Positions 24,958 to 36,887 of a stretch of DNA of 64,000 bases are shown here, one piece after another. The position numbers and the translations under genes were made by a program. The notes under the pieces are model-generated. The model made no database searches. It saw only the letters and a list, made by a program, of their open reading frames with translations, and was not told where the DNA came from. The stretch is from Saccostrea cucullata (lineage: Eukaryota). Positions within the stretch are counted from its first letter, which is position 1. Each line of letters starts with the position of its first letter. The DNA lies in the NCBI RefSeq assembly GCF_032062105.1, contig NW_026933724.1, positions 372,001 to 436,000 on the forward strand, written 5' to 3'.

Positions 24958-26158
24958 TTAATTCAACATTTATTATCTAATTTAAATAAACAAAACTTTC
25001 CAGATTTGGGCAACAATAAACTTCTTCATGCACATTAAAAGAAAGAGGAGACTTAGCCAAGATTTTTTGAGATTTAAACAGTAATACATTGAATATTGTA
25101 TAAACTTTCAAAGAAAAAACTTGAAAAAAAAACTAAAGAAACTAATTCAAAAGAAATCACCAAGATACAATTTTTGGGGGGCTTTGTATGAATATCCTTG
25201 ACCTTTGGACCAGAACATCTTTGACCTTATAGGACCAGAATATTACAGATGCTATTTTTAAGTTACTAGGAGCTATGATATGCTTCATTTAAAAAGCTTA
25301 AAAAGAAACAAAGTATCATTCTTTTGCAATATACATTGACTTAAAATAAGTCTTAGGGCCTTAAATCTATGTTAAAGGGAGTTTGTGATATATGTTATTC
25401 CTATGTAAAATCTCAGACTTAGTTATGGTACAGGAACTTAAATACTTACTAAGCAGACAAAATGCATCATGGATTTCTCACAGGTACTTGTGGACTGGAC
25501 CCCTCCCCCACCACTCCGGTTTGTTTATGTTGTACCCCCACTAGTCATTCTGGGTTTAAAAACATGTATTTATATCATTTTCACCTAAAATGTTGGTCCA
25601 CACTGTCTCTACATATATTTCTGTCTCAGTCCATGCTATCGGATTGACTCTGCAGTTCGTAAAAATCCCACAATATCTCCTAAAACAGCATGTCCACTAG
25701 CACCTGTGGGATTTCTGTCCTTGACCTCTGACCTTTTCATCTCAAAATCTTATAGGGTGTTGTGATATAGTTTCATTGAAAAAGGTCAAAAGCTTTATTT
25801 TTTCAAACATTCAAATAGAAAGCATTAATGTTAATCTTTGACCTTTTTACAATTCATTAGAATTTTTTTTTTTTACGCCATAAGGAGTTATTATATAAAA
25901 TTCATTGCAAAAGCTCAAAAGCTTTTTGAAATAACATCCAAAAATGAAGTGTTTCACATTGAGAGATGACAGACTGGTGGATACACCCAAATTTTTCAGT
26001 GAGAGTGGAGCACAAACACTATCTATCAGGATGTTAAATTTTTAACAATATACTGCATCTTCAAATGATTGATGCTTTTGGGTCAAAATGTCCAGAAAAG
26101 TGTATCAAGAAAAAAACATTTTCTGCAGTGACTATCGCAAAGTCAATGAAGAATAGAA

Positions 26159-26450
26159 CTTATTCTACAAAGTCCAAAAAATGATGACATTTTGAAAGCA
26201 TTGCTGCACAGATACTTTTTTTCAATAAGATCATTTATCTACTTAAAACCATACACTGAGCTTATTCTACAAAGTCCAAAAAATGATGACATTTTGAAAG
26301 CATTGCTGCACAGATACTTTTTTCAATAAGATCATTTATCTACTTAAAACCATACACAGCTTATACAAACAAAAAATGATGACATTTTGAAAGCATTGCT
26401 GCACAGATACTTTTTTTCAAAAAGATCATTTATCTACGTAGACATACACT
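26159..26450. repeat. ~100-bp tandem repeat, three copies
   Basis: aaaaaatgatgacattttgaaagcattgctgcacagatactttttt..aagatcatttatctac occurs three times. Confidence 0.85.
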
Positions 26451-26887
26451 GATAAAACATATTCAGGTATTACAAAGCAACTTTAAGATGCATTGACTGA
26501 GTCACAAACAATATACACATGACAATGGATTCTCAGTCACTGATGGAACAGATTAAGACGTACGTCCTGCTCATTGTTCTTATTGTTCAGGCACACTGCA
26601 CTATGTCACTAGAAACTCTGCACAGCAATTTAATCCAGAGGTGCAAATTAATAGATTTATATGACAATCTGAAGGTAAGTTTCCTTATATTTGTCACCAA
26701 AACTAATAGTATTTTTTCTTTTTAAAAAATTATTCCCATCCACAGTTTTTCACTTTCTTGAAGTATTTTGTTTAAATCAGCTACAAATGATACTGAATTT
26801 GTAATATATGTTATTTAATGATGCGTTCATTGAATTTTTGATTTTCGCAAATATCCAAATTAATTTCCCTTTTTAAAATTTCAAGCT

Positions 26888-28462
26888 ATGAATAAGACTT
26901 CGGGTAAGGAAACCTCCACAGTGAATATCACATACAAACCATCAGCAAAAGAACCTGCTGTTCCCAATAACACAAACAAAACAGCTGGAAAAGAATTCAC
27001 AGGGGTATCAACTAAGCGGCCTAATCAGAAACAACGAAATCGCCAAAAAGTTACGAAAATAATTTCTCCAAAGAAAGTGTACGCAGAATGCTCCACACAA
27101 ACCGAGGAGGAATGCTCAACAGACGTTAATCAGCTGACAAAAGCGGCTCACATTATCTACTCCTTCTGTCATACAAATGCAGGTGAACTTTTGCCCATTG
27201 AAAAAGTCTTAGATGAGTCCTCAAAGATTCTGCAGGCCCTCGCTCAACTTAGCAAGTCTTTTGACTTCTCGGACATCCCAGAATCCATTCCTTTCACCAA
27301 GAAGTTGCGAGAAGAGGTAAAATCTATTGAAAAGTGTCACAACCGCTGCAGGGAGCTTGTTTCTTCAGAAGAACTACAGTCCTTCTTGCCAAAAACAAAA
27401 CTCAAAGGCCTTGGTACACTTGTCCACTGTAAGATGCTATTAGAAGAGTTTAAGCTCAGAGAAAGAAAGTTTAGACAAGCTGTGATAAGTATTATAGAAT
27501 CTGAAAATCTGGGACTCAAAAGAGCTGAAAACATCTTGTCAAAGATGGACCACAAAGAGCAAATTCACGACTTGGTGGATAGTGTTGCAGAAAACCAGAG
27601 AATTTCCAGCAACAAAGATAAGGATGAACTGCATGACCAATACCGAGAGATAAGCATCAAGCAGAAAAACCAAATCCAGAAACTGGAGATGAAGTTAGAA
27701 AAATACGAGGAAGACAAAGAAAAGATAAGGGATGAGTGCAGAAGACAGGTGATAGAAATAGAAAAAGGTCTTATATTGTGTAATCAACAATGGGAGCGAA
27801 AACTGCAGGAACAATCAAACAAACTGGAACTGTATGATTCAGAAAAAACAAAGTTACTAAGATTACTAGAAGAAGAAAAGCAGAAGATAGCCCACAGAGA
27901 TATTGAAACCAGAAAGCTTAACAAACTGTATCACGAAACAAAAGACAAATTAAAAGAAACGGAAAAATTAAACTACAACATGTCAAAGGCCAGGCGAAAG
28001 TCCCATAAAAATTTAGTTGATAAAGCATGCAGCGCTAACCTGAAAGCAGAATATACTAGTACCCACTGCCAAACAGAAAATTCCATTTCAGTGCCCAAAT
28101 CAAACACTTCTGGTTTTAGTTCTAACACAGCTTTGTCTTCAGCTGATCAACAGAAAATGAGCTCTCACAATAAACATCAAAATCACTTCCACGGCCCAAT
28201 AAATAATGTCCATCTCTATCAAATCTTTCCTGAGAGAAGTTCTAATTCCTCAATACCTCACAAAGAATCTGTACAAAGTGGAAAGAGCAGGTCTAGCTCT
28301 CGCCTGCATATCTCTACAGGAACACGGAGGCAATCGTTGACCAATCAAAATCAAGAACAAAGCGTGACTTTTGAACACCATGAAGAGACTGAATTTGTTT
28401 ATCGCTCAGAATCAACCATGTCTTTTGCAAATTCTGATTCTCTACACGGAGACGATTATTAA
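26888..28462 (+). CDS. Array gene 6: coiled-coil protein with TQT motif and single SFANS (524 aa)
   Basis: Long ORF with coiled coil and terminal STMSFANSD. Candidate 5'UTR intron 26675-26885 (gtaagt...tcaag) ends 2 nt before ATG. Confidence 0.85.
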   Translation: MNKTSGKETSTVNITYKPSAKEPAVPNNTNKTAGKEFTGVSTKRPNQKQRNRQKVTKIISPKKVYAECSTQTEEECSTDVNQLTKAAHIIYSFCHTNAGELLPIEKVLDESSKILQALAQLSKSFDFSDIPESIPFTKKLREEVKSIEKCHNRCRELVSSEELQSFLPKTKLKGLGTLVHCKMLLEEFKLRERKFRQAVISIIESENLGLKRAENILSKMDHKEQIHDLVDSVAENQRISSNKDKDELHDQYREISIKQKNQIQKLEMKLEKYEEDKEKIRDECRRQVIEIEKGLILCNQQWERKLQEQSNKLELYDSEKTKLLRLLEEEKQKIAHRDIETRKLNKLYHETKDKLKETEKLNYNMSKARRKSHKNLVDKACSANLKAEYTSTHCQTENSISVPKSNTSGFSSNTALSSADQQKMSSHNKHQNHFHGPINNVHLYQIFPERSSNSSIPHKESVQSGKSRSSSRLHISTGTRRQSLTNQNQEQSVTFEHHEETEFVYRSESTMSFANSDSLHGDDY

Positions 28463-29188
28463 TGACAAACTTAAAATCAAATAATAAGAGTTATCTCCCT
28501 TTCTTCCTTCCATGTCTTGAAATCTGTGCAAGCTAGCAGAAAGCATGAACAGGTGTGAATTTTAGTGAAATAATAATTTTCTTTGACTGACCTTTGATGT
28601 AGAAGTCAATCCTATTGTAAAGATGAAATGATACATTGAAATCAATTAAATATAAATGCTTAAACAACAAGCATAAATAATCATTTATATGTGTATGTAA
28701 ATTATGTTCTAACACTCAATGTTTTATTATTTATTTATTTATTTATTTATTTTTTTTTCGTTATTTCTATTTACTGTTATAATTTCATTCAGAACAAAAA
28801 TCATGTAATATTGTCACTGCATTGTTTCTTCAAGGCTAACTGATTCAATGCCATGTACAAAGATAGTAATTATTGTAACAATTGTATCTGTACGTGGATC
28901 CAGTAATCATTGCTGGCAACTATTCATCAAAACTAGTAACAATAAAACATCCAAATCTTAAATCCGTATGTGTGTGTTTTTACATGCCCTTGAAAATTTA
29001 CAGAAAAAAAAGAAACAAATTAACAGCAGTTAAAAGGAAATGGTAAAAAGGATCAAGGGAAAAAGCAATAAAAATTGAAAATAAGATCCTTTCAACTGTA
29101 ATTCTAATTGAAAGTCAACAAAATGGTAATTACATTTCAAAACTTGAACACAACAATGCTCTGAGGTGTCGGTTTTTGTACATTGTCA

Positions 29189-30814
29189 ATGGCTTACTGT
29201 GAGAGAAGGGCCCTAGAGAATTGTCGGACCACCCTGGTGGAAAGACTCCACCCTACAACCCAGTTCCTGGGGTGGTTTGTACAGCATGGGGTCATGAAGG
29301 GGAGAGACTTCAACAAAATTACGGTTTGTAACTGTAGCGAAAATATAACTGCCCATATTTTTTAAACAAATTTATTCACATTTTAAACATCCTATAAATT
29401 GTTTATTTTGGGATAAAAAAAATCCAAGGCATTAAAATGACTTTATCTCTCAGGAAATATATTATGGATAACAATTCTTAATTTTAGTCAAGCTACTCAA
29501 CATGTAATTTTTGTTCAGGATATAAGCACAATGTCACAGAGGACAGAAAACTTCCTCTTTCAAGTGATAGCCAGAAAACCTGGAGCTCTGAAATTCCTCA
29601 TCCACAAACTGAAGGCTGACAAACGCACAGCAGACCTCGCCAAGAAACTGAAAGATGAGGTGGAACAAGTGGAATTTATCCGCAGACAGAAGGTGGAACA
29701 AAGAAAACACAGGAAGATCCTCAAGCTCCAACAAGAACTCAGCAACCTCTACTTGTTTGCTTTTGGTGAATACTTTGTAAATGATAATTCCATAGACTTT
29801 CACTTACAAAAATTTAAGGTAGTCCGATCCTCAGGTTTATAAAATTAGCTGTTAAGTGATTAGAAATACTCATAAAAGTATCTCTGAATCCACAAAGTTA
29901 TGTAAATTTATCCACAGTATTTCTTTAAAGTTAAAGGTTTAAGTTAATCATATCATATAGGAAAAATTGTCAAAATTCCAATATTTTTGCAGAAAAAGAG
30001 AATTGGAATATCAGCAATGCATTTTCTAATTGCAAATTGATCAACAAATATATTTTAGGTTAAAAAACGATAGGTATCCAGGCATTCAGAGATACTGTCA
30101 TGATTTTTACACTTATTTGGTATTTTTTTTCTTTTATTTCCATCGTGTATTCTATATTCATAGTATAAAAGGCTTTTGGTATCATTGCAAGACACCACAA
30201 ATCACTTCTAATTTCATATCATGCTATTAAGCATTGGTATCTAAGGCTGGATTCAAGAAAATCTTATTTCTCTTAAACTGTATTAATTTTATTCCCTTTT
30301 GTAGGGTACAAATGTCAACTTTTATAAGACCTTTTCTGAGAGTTCCAAAAACGTTGAATCTTATATAGATAAATAGAATGAAAATTGTTGCATGAAAAAA
30401 AATCATTTTCAAGCTTCATTTTGATGTATTTCAAATTAAATATTAATTTTTGGAGTTATCTTTCCTGACTGAGGATCGGATATCCTTAAAGTAGCCATAA
30501 GCACAATCATTTCAGCATATCAGGAACTACAGCACACCTTTGGCCATGCTAAATCATTTCCAGAGATGGTCAAAATCATCCTGGCTAAAAATGCCGAGTT
30601 CGTTATGTGGATGAGGGAATTAGAAGCAGTACAGACAGCTATGGTAGATTTGAAATCAGACTATAAGAGAAGAACTTGTGTCATCAGGGAACAGTTAAAA
30701 AAGTATGAACAGAAGAACAAAGACCTGGAGGTTGAGAACGAGACACTCAGGCAAAATGTTGTAAGGACAAGGCAAAGTGTGTATAGAAAATCTGGTCCAC
30801 AAAAAATTGCTTAA
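29189..30814 (+). pseudogene. Array gene 7: CARD-like + coiled-coil gene interrupted by a transposon (exon1 29189-29323; exon2 29519-29817 + 30490-30814; ~252 aa when repaired)
   Basis: 135-nt first exon with a phase-0 GT-AG intron, as in the three paralogs. Removing 29818-30489 restores ...HLQKFKVAISTIISAYQELQ... in frame with ORF 30566-30814. Confidence 0.75.
29818..30485. mobile_element. TTAA-flanked non-autonomous DNA transposon (Kolobok-like) inside a coding exon
   Basis: TTAA(29814-17)-ggtagtccgatcctcag ... ctgaggatcggatatcc-TTAA(30486-89). Confidence 0.85.
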
Positions 30815-32734
30815 AAATTGATAATTAACATTCACACAACTGTTTCATTTCTTTTTCCAACAAAAACATAAACATCTCTAATTTTTTACAACAATGTTAT
30901 AACTTTGAAACGAGTTGTTATGAAACTATGCAACATATGTTGCTGTAGGTCCTAAATATGACCAAAAAGGTAAGTCAAAACAGGTATTGCATCTTAGAAA
31001 ATATTTGGTATGTTTGACAAAATATGAAACAGATGTGAAAATTGCTAAGTAAAATTGACACATGCAATTTACATTCTCAAAAAAAATACTAAGCATTAAT
31101 AAAGAAGAATAAATCACATTTATTTTTATTTTGTTTTGCTAATGTTTTTGTGCATACAGTTGTACCTGCTATTATGGACACCTTTATTCAGCAGCCACTA
31201 CCCATGAGCGACCAGTTTCAATCCTGCCCATTCATTTTTTCTCGATCTACTCCTACAGTTTTTGTCCGATTTCTTTATAACTTAGTACAAAAGATGACTA
31301 CACAAGATGCATAAATCTGTCAGATTTTTTTTTCCTGAACCTTGATGCCATGGTTACTAAAAATTTTCTGTGAAATACTTTCAAAATGCTACTTCTCCTA
31401 CAGTTTTAGTTTGATTTCAATATAATTTGGGGCACAAGTAGACTACAAGATACATAATTCTGTGCATCTGTTTTTTTTAATTTGATGAACTGTTTTGCCA
31501 TGGTTACTAAATAAAGAGAATTTCAAGTTGTTACTTCTTCTTCATACTCATTTAATATCAATATAATTTGGCATACAATAGACACCACCCTTGTTCCCTG
31601 GCATGTCTTTTACTTGTCACTTCAAGGCTTGGCACCAAATGCAATGGGAGAGGAGAAATATGCAACGGACCAGACCGGGATTCAAATCTTGGCGCCTTGA
31701 ATCTTAAGTCAGATGCTCTATCTACTGAGCAAACTTGCCATAGGCAATTGAACCTACCTGACCATTGCATTCCTATCTCCTTAAAAGACCATCCCCCAAA
31801 GACACAAATCAAGGCTCTTCCCTGGCAGTTCATTCACTTTTCACAGCTTTATTTGTAATTGGTAAGAAGAAAAAATGGTAATGTCAAGACTGGAATTTGA
31901 ATGCATAGTCAAGTGCTCTACAAACTGAGCGTTCCGGCCTCCCATAATAGAACCAGTCTTACTGCCATATATTTTTCTCCCCTTAAATGCCATCATCCCT
32001 TAAAGAAACCAACCTAGCCTCTTTCCTTGCAGGTCTTTCACCAGCCACTTTAAGATAATGGCTTGGCACCAAATGTATTGGGAGTGAAATAAAATACAAA
32101 GGACCAGACAAGGATTCAACCTGGGCCCCCTGAATCTTAAGTCTGGTGCTCTACCAACTGAGCTAGCGAGCCGGCCACAGGCAATCAAACCCAACTGACC
32201 ATCTCAATAAAAGATCCCCCCTAAAAGACACCAAACCAGGCTCTTCCCTGACAGGTCTTTCACTTGTCATGGCTTTATTTGTGATTGGCAAGAAGAAAAA
32301 TGCTACAGTCCAGACTTACATTTGAACCCAGGCCCGTGAATCTCCAGTCAGGTGCTCTACTTGCTGAGCTTTCTGGCCTCCCTTAATAGAACCAGTGTGA
32401 CTGCCACATTTACTCTTTCCAAAAAATGCCTTCAACCTGCCCCCACCCCCTCCCCCTACCCCTGGAAACCAACCAAAGCTCTTCTCGGGCAGGTCTTTCA
32501 CTGGTCACTTCAAGGGCATAGTTTGGCACTAAATGTAATGGGAGAGAGAACAATGCAATGGACAATCCCAGAATTCAAATCTGGGCCCCCGGTATCTTAT
32601 TCAGCTGCTCTATCTACTGAGCTAGCTGGCCACAGGCGACTGAACCCATCTGACCACTGCATTCCTCTCTCCTTAAAAGACCACTCCCAAAGACACCAAC
32701 CAAGGCTCTTCCGTGGCAGATCTTTCACCTGTTA

Positions 32735-33483
32735 CTGTGGAATCATTTTTATTCGTGGGGGTCAATGTTCGTGGGTAACCAAAAATGTTCTGGTTAGTAG
32801 GGACGTCGTAATTTCGTTGGTAACAAGTTCTGTTTCATTTTTTTTTTCTCCAAAGTTAAAACAAAGAAGGATAACTCCGTCAATGTTGCTTATTTAAGTT
32901 ATCTGTCTTGTGAACACAAAAATGTACCGGCGGCTTACAGCGGAAAATTACAGCCATGATGTCGCAGTAAATTATGATTATAAAGAACACCAGTTGTATG
33001 CGTAATATGTTTTGAGAACGACGACGGCAATGCCAAAATTGACTTTTAAACGTCTACCCTGAAACCAATTTATGCTAATTAGCTAATTAGCACCAACTCC
33101 AAAATCCCACTGAAAATTGATCTCATCAAAGGGGAATTTGAGCGTGTTGGACTATAATGTAAACACTACAGTAACTTAAATTTAACAGTTGTATTTACCA
33201 TTTTATTACTTATTGTATATAGTTATCGATGTCTTTGATACTTAATTTTTTTGTTTGGTTTTGTGTCAATAACCATATACAGATTGTCTTCTTTATGTGC
33301 GATCACAAGGACAAGTATAACGGTTATTTTACGATTTAAAATAGTCTGTGTAATCGTAACTTTTTAAAACAAATAATAAAACAAATGTTTGAATATACAT
33401 TAGTGGGGATGAAAATTCGTGGGTCAGGGTTACCCACGAAAGCCACGAACATTGGTCCCCCACAAACTATGATGATTCCACAG
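32735..33483. mobile_element. TA-flanked MITE inserted in the tRNA-derived array
   Basis: TIR ctgtggaatcat / atgattccacag with TA TSD. Confidence 0.8.
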
Positions 33484-34808
33484 TACTTCCAGGGCATGGC
33501 ATGGCATGGCATGGCATGGCTCTATACGTCTTTTCAGAGAGGAGTAAAATGCAACAGTCCAGACTGGAATTTGAACCCAGACCCCATGAATCTCTAGTCA
33601 GGTGCTCTGTCTGGCCACCCACAAAGAACCAGTCTGACTTCCACATTTTTCTCTCCTTAAATGCCTTCAAACCCCCCCACCCCCCCCAACCCAAGAATAA
33701 ATTCAAGCTCTGCTATGGCAGATTTTTTACCAGTCACTTCAAGGGAATGGCTTGGCACCAAACATAATGGGAGAAAATAAAATGCAACAAACCAGACTAG
33801 GATTCAAACCTGGGCCCCCTGAATCTTTAGTCAGGTGCTCTACCAACTGAGCTAGCTGGCCACTGGCTATCCAAACCATCTGGTAACTGCATTCCTCTCT
33901 CCTTAAAAGACCATCCCAAAAGATATCACCCTAGGCCCTCCCCTGGCAGGTCTTTCACTTGTTATGGCTTTATTTGTAAATAGTGAGGGGGGAAAAATTT
34001 GACAGTCCAGACTTGGATTTTAACCCCAGCCCCCTGAATCTCTAGTCAGATGATCTACTTAGTGAGCTATCAGAACAAGTCTGCTTGCCACATTTTTCTC
34101 TCCTTAAGAGCCTTCACACCCCTCCCCACCCAAAGAAATGAACCCAAGCTCTCCTCTAGCAGGTCTTTCACCAGTCACTTCAATGGAAAAGGTTTGGTAC
34201 CAAATGTAATGGGAGAGAGAAAAATGCAATGGATCAGCCCAGGATTCAAACTGGGCCACCTGAATCTTTAGCCAGGTGCTGTGCTCTATCAACTGAGCTA
34301 GCTGGCCACAGGCAACTGAACTCATCTGACCATTGCATTCCCCTCTTCTTAAAAGATCATCCCCCAAAGACACCTACCTAGGCTCTTCCCTGCCAGATAT
34401 TTCATCTGGCACTTCCAGTGCATGGCATGGGTCTATTACATTATTGGATAGGAGAAAAATGCAACAGTCCAGACTGGAATTTGAACCCAGGCCCCCTGAA
34501 TCTCTAGAAAGGTGCTCTACAATCTGAGCTATCTAGCCTCCCACAACAGAACCAGTCTGCCTGCCACATTTTTCTTTCCTTAAATGTCATCATAACCCCA
34601 AGAACCAACCAAAGCTCTTCTCTGGCAGGCTTTTCACCAGTCATGCACTTCAAGGGAATGGCTTGGCACCAGATGTAATGAGAGTTGAATTAAATGCAAC
34701 AGACCAGACGAGGATTCAAACCTGGGCCCTCTGAATCTTTAGTCAGGTGCTCTACCAGCTGAGCTAGCTGGCCACTGGCAATTGAACCCATCTGACCCCT
34801 GCATTGTA

Positions 34809-35033
34809 CTGTATAAGTGGAAATTTTAGCGAGACGCAAATTTAGTGATTTGTCCTTAAAATTTGGTAATTTAATTTTTGCGAGTAGTTATTTTAGCGAT
34901 TTTAAAATGCTCACTAAAAATCTATTTCAAATTAAACACAGTTTATTTTTTAGCAATATGTAATTTTAGCAATCTCGGAACCCTCGCTAATAATGCCAAA
35001 ATTAAATCTTCGCTAAAAATTCTGCTTATATGG
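34809..35033. mobile_element. TA-flanked MITE (same family as 57496-58742)
   Basis: ctgtataagtggaaattttagcga ... tcgctaaaaattctgcttatatgg with TA TSD. Confidence 0.78.
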
Positions 35034-36700
35034 TATGTCTTCTCCTCAAAAGACCACCCCCCCAAAGACACCATTCTAGGCTCTCTCCTGGCAAGTCTTT
35101 CACCTATCACTTCCACAGCATGGCATGGCACTATATGAAAATGGAGAGGAGTAAAATGTGACAGTCCAGACTGGAATTTGAACCCAGACCCCATGAATCT
35201 CTAGTCAGGTGCTCTACTGAATGAGCTATCTGACCTCCCACAATACAGTCAGTCTGACTGCCACATTTTACTTTCCATAAATGCCTTCACTCCCCCAAAG
35301 AACCAACCCAAGCTCTTCTCTGGCATGTCTTTCACCAGTTACTTCAACAAAATGGCTTGGCACTAAATGTAATGGGAGAAAATAAATGCAATGGACCACA
35401 CCAGGATTCAAACCAGGGCCCCCTAAATGTTTAGTCAGGTGCTCTACCAACTGACCTAGCTGGCCACAGGCAATTGAACCCTTCTGACCACTGCATTCCA
35501 CTCTTCTTAAAAGACCACCCCAAAAGACACCACCCTAGGCTCTTCCCTAGCAGGTCTTTCACTTGTCACCGTTTATTTGTAATTGGTGAGAAGAAAAATG
35601 TGACAGTCCAGACTTGGATTTTAACCCAGGCCCCCTGACTCTCTAGTCAGGTCACCCACAATACAACCAGTCTGACCCCCACATTTTTCTCCTTTAATTC
35701 TCCCCCCTCCCCCCCAAGAAACAAACCCAAGCTCTTCCCTGGCAGGTTTTTCACTGTTCACTTCAGGGGAATGGCTTGGCACCAAATGTAATGAGAGAGA
35801 GATAAATGGAATGGTTTACCAGGATTTAAGCCTGAGCTAGCTAGTCACTGGCATCAAACCAACCTTACCAATGCATCCCCCCCTGAAAAAGACCATCTCC
35901 AGAAGACTCCAAAAAAGGTTTTTCCTTGGAAGGTCTTTCACCTGTCACTTCCAGGGCATGGCATGGTTATTTATGTAACTGAAGAGAAGAAAAATGTGAC
36001 AGGTGGGACTAGAATTTCAGGCCCCCTGAATCTATAGTCAGGTGCTTTACTCACTGAGCTTTCTGGCCATCCAAAATTGAACCAGTTTGACTGCCACATT
36101 TGTTTCTCAATAAATGCCTTCAACCCACCCACCTCCAAAGAAAACAACTCAAGCTCTTCTCTGATAGGCCTTTATCATCACTTCAAGGCTTAGCACCAAA
36201 TGCAATGGGAGAGGAGAAAAATGCAATTGACCAGCCCAGGATTCAAACCTGGGTCCCCTGAATCTTAGTCAGGTTCTGTATCTACTGAGCTAGCTGACCA
36301 CAGGCAATTGAACCCATCTGAGCACTGCATTCCCCTCTCCTTTAAAGATCCCCCCAAGACACTAACCCAGCCTATTCCCTGGTAGTTTTTCACCTGTCAC
36401 AACTTCTTTTGTAATAAAATCATATGTTCTTAAATGCAGGTCACGGTTACCCACTTTTCAGTTGACTTTCTCCAAGGACCAAAGATGCAGCAACTGACAA
36501 AGTTTGATGAATGTAAGTCAATCAATACTTTATAATCCTAAATCTTTTATAATTTTTGCTTTTCGTCAATGTTAAATGAAAACACAAACTCAAATTACAT
36601 GTATTCTTGAGTTGATATTGCAATTGCCTGAAGGTGTTATGTCGGCGCAAGTGGCAAACTAAGTTTTTTGTGGCACAACTTGAAGAATCAAGTTGTAATA

Positions 36701-36887
36701 CAGTGGAGCCTCATTTATCCGGACGCTTTGGTTCCCAGTCAATTTGTCCGGATATGTGAAGCGTCCGGATATCTGAATTGCCAGTTAAATGAGACAAAAT
36801 AACATTTCAAAATTCTGTTCCCATGAATAATCGTCAGGAAAATGAAGCATCCGGATATCTGGGGTCTGGATATCTGAAGTTCCACTG
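36701..36887. mobile_element. Tc1/mariner-pogo-type MITE
   Basis: TA-cagtgga ... tccactg-TA with internal tccggata repeats. Confidence 0.7.

Larger units (their letters stand above)
31590..36400 (-). mobile_element. Tandem array of TRIM-like units with tRNA-derived LTRs (Helenus-like), two alternating variants
   Basis: About 17 minus-strand units: purine tract aaggagagaaaaa, TG start, tRNA-like core (agctcagttggtagagcacctgact..ggtttgaatcc), TTACA end, then PBS-like tggtgcc in alternate units. Confidence 0.7.

Noticed and set aside
31590-36400. Cluster of functional tRNA genes
   Set aside because: Units are degenerate, with variable anticodon-loop lengths and imperfect stems, and sit in LTR-like repeats.
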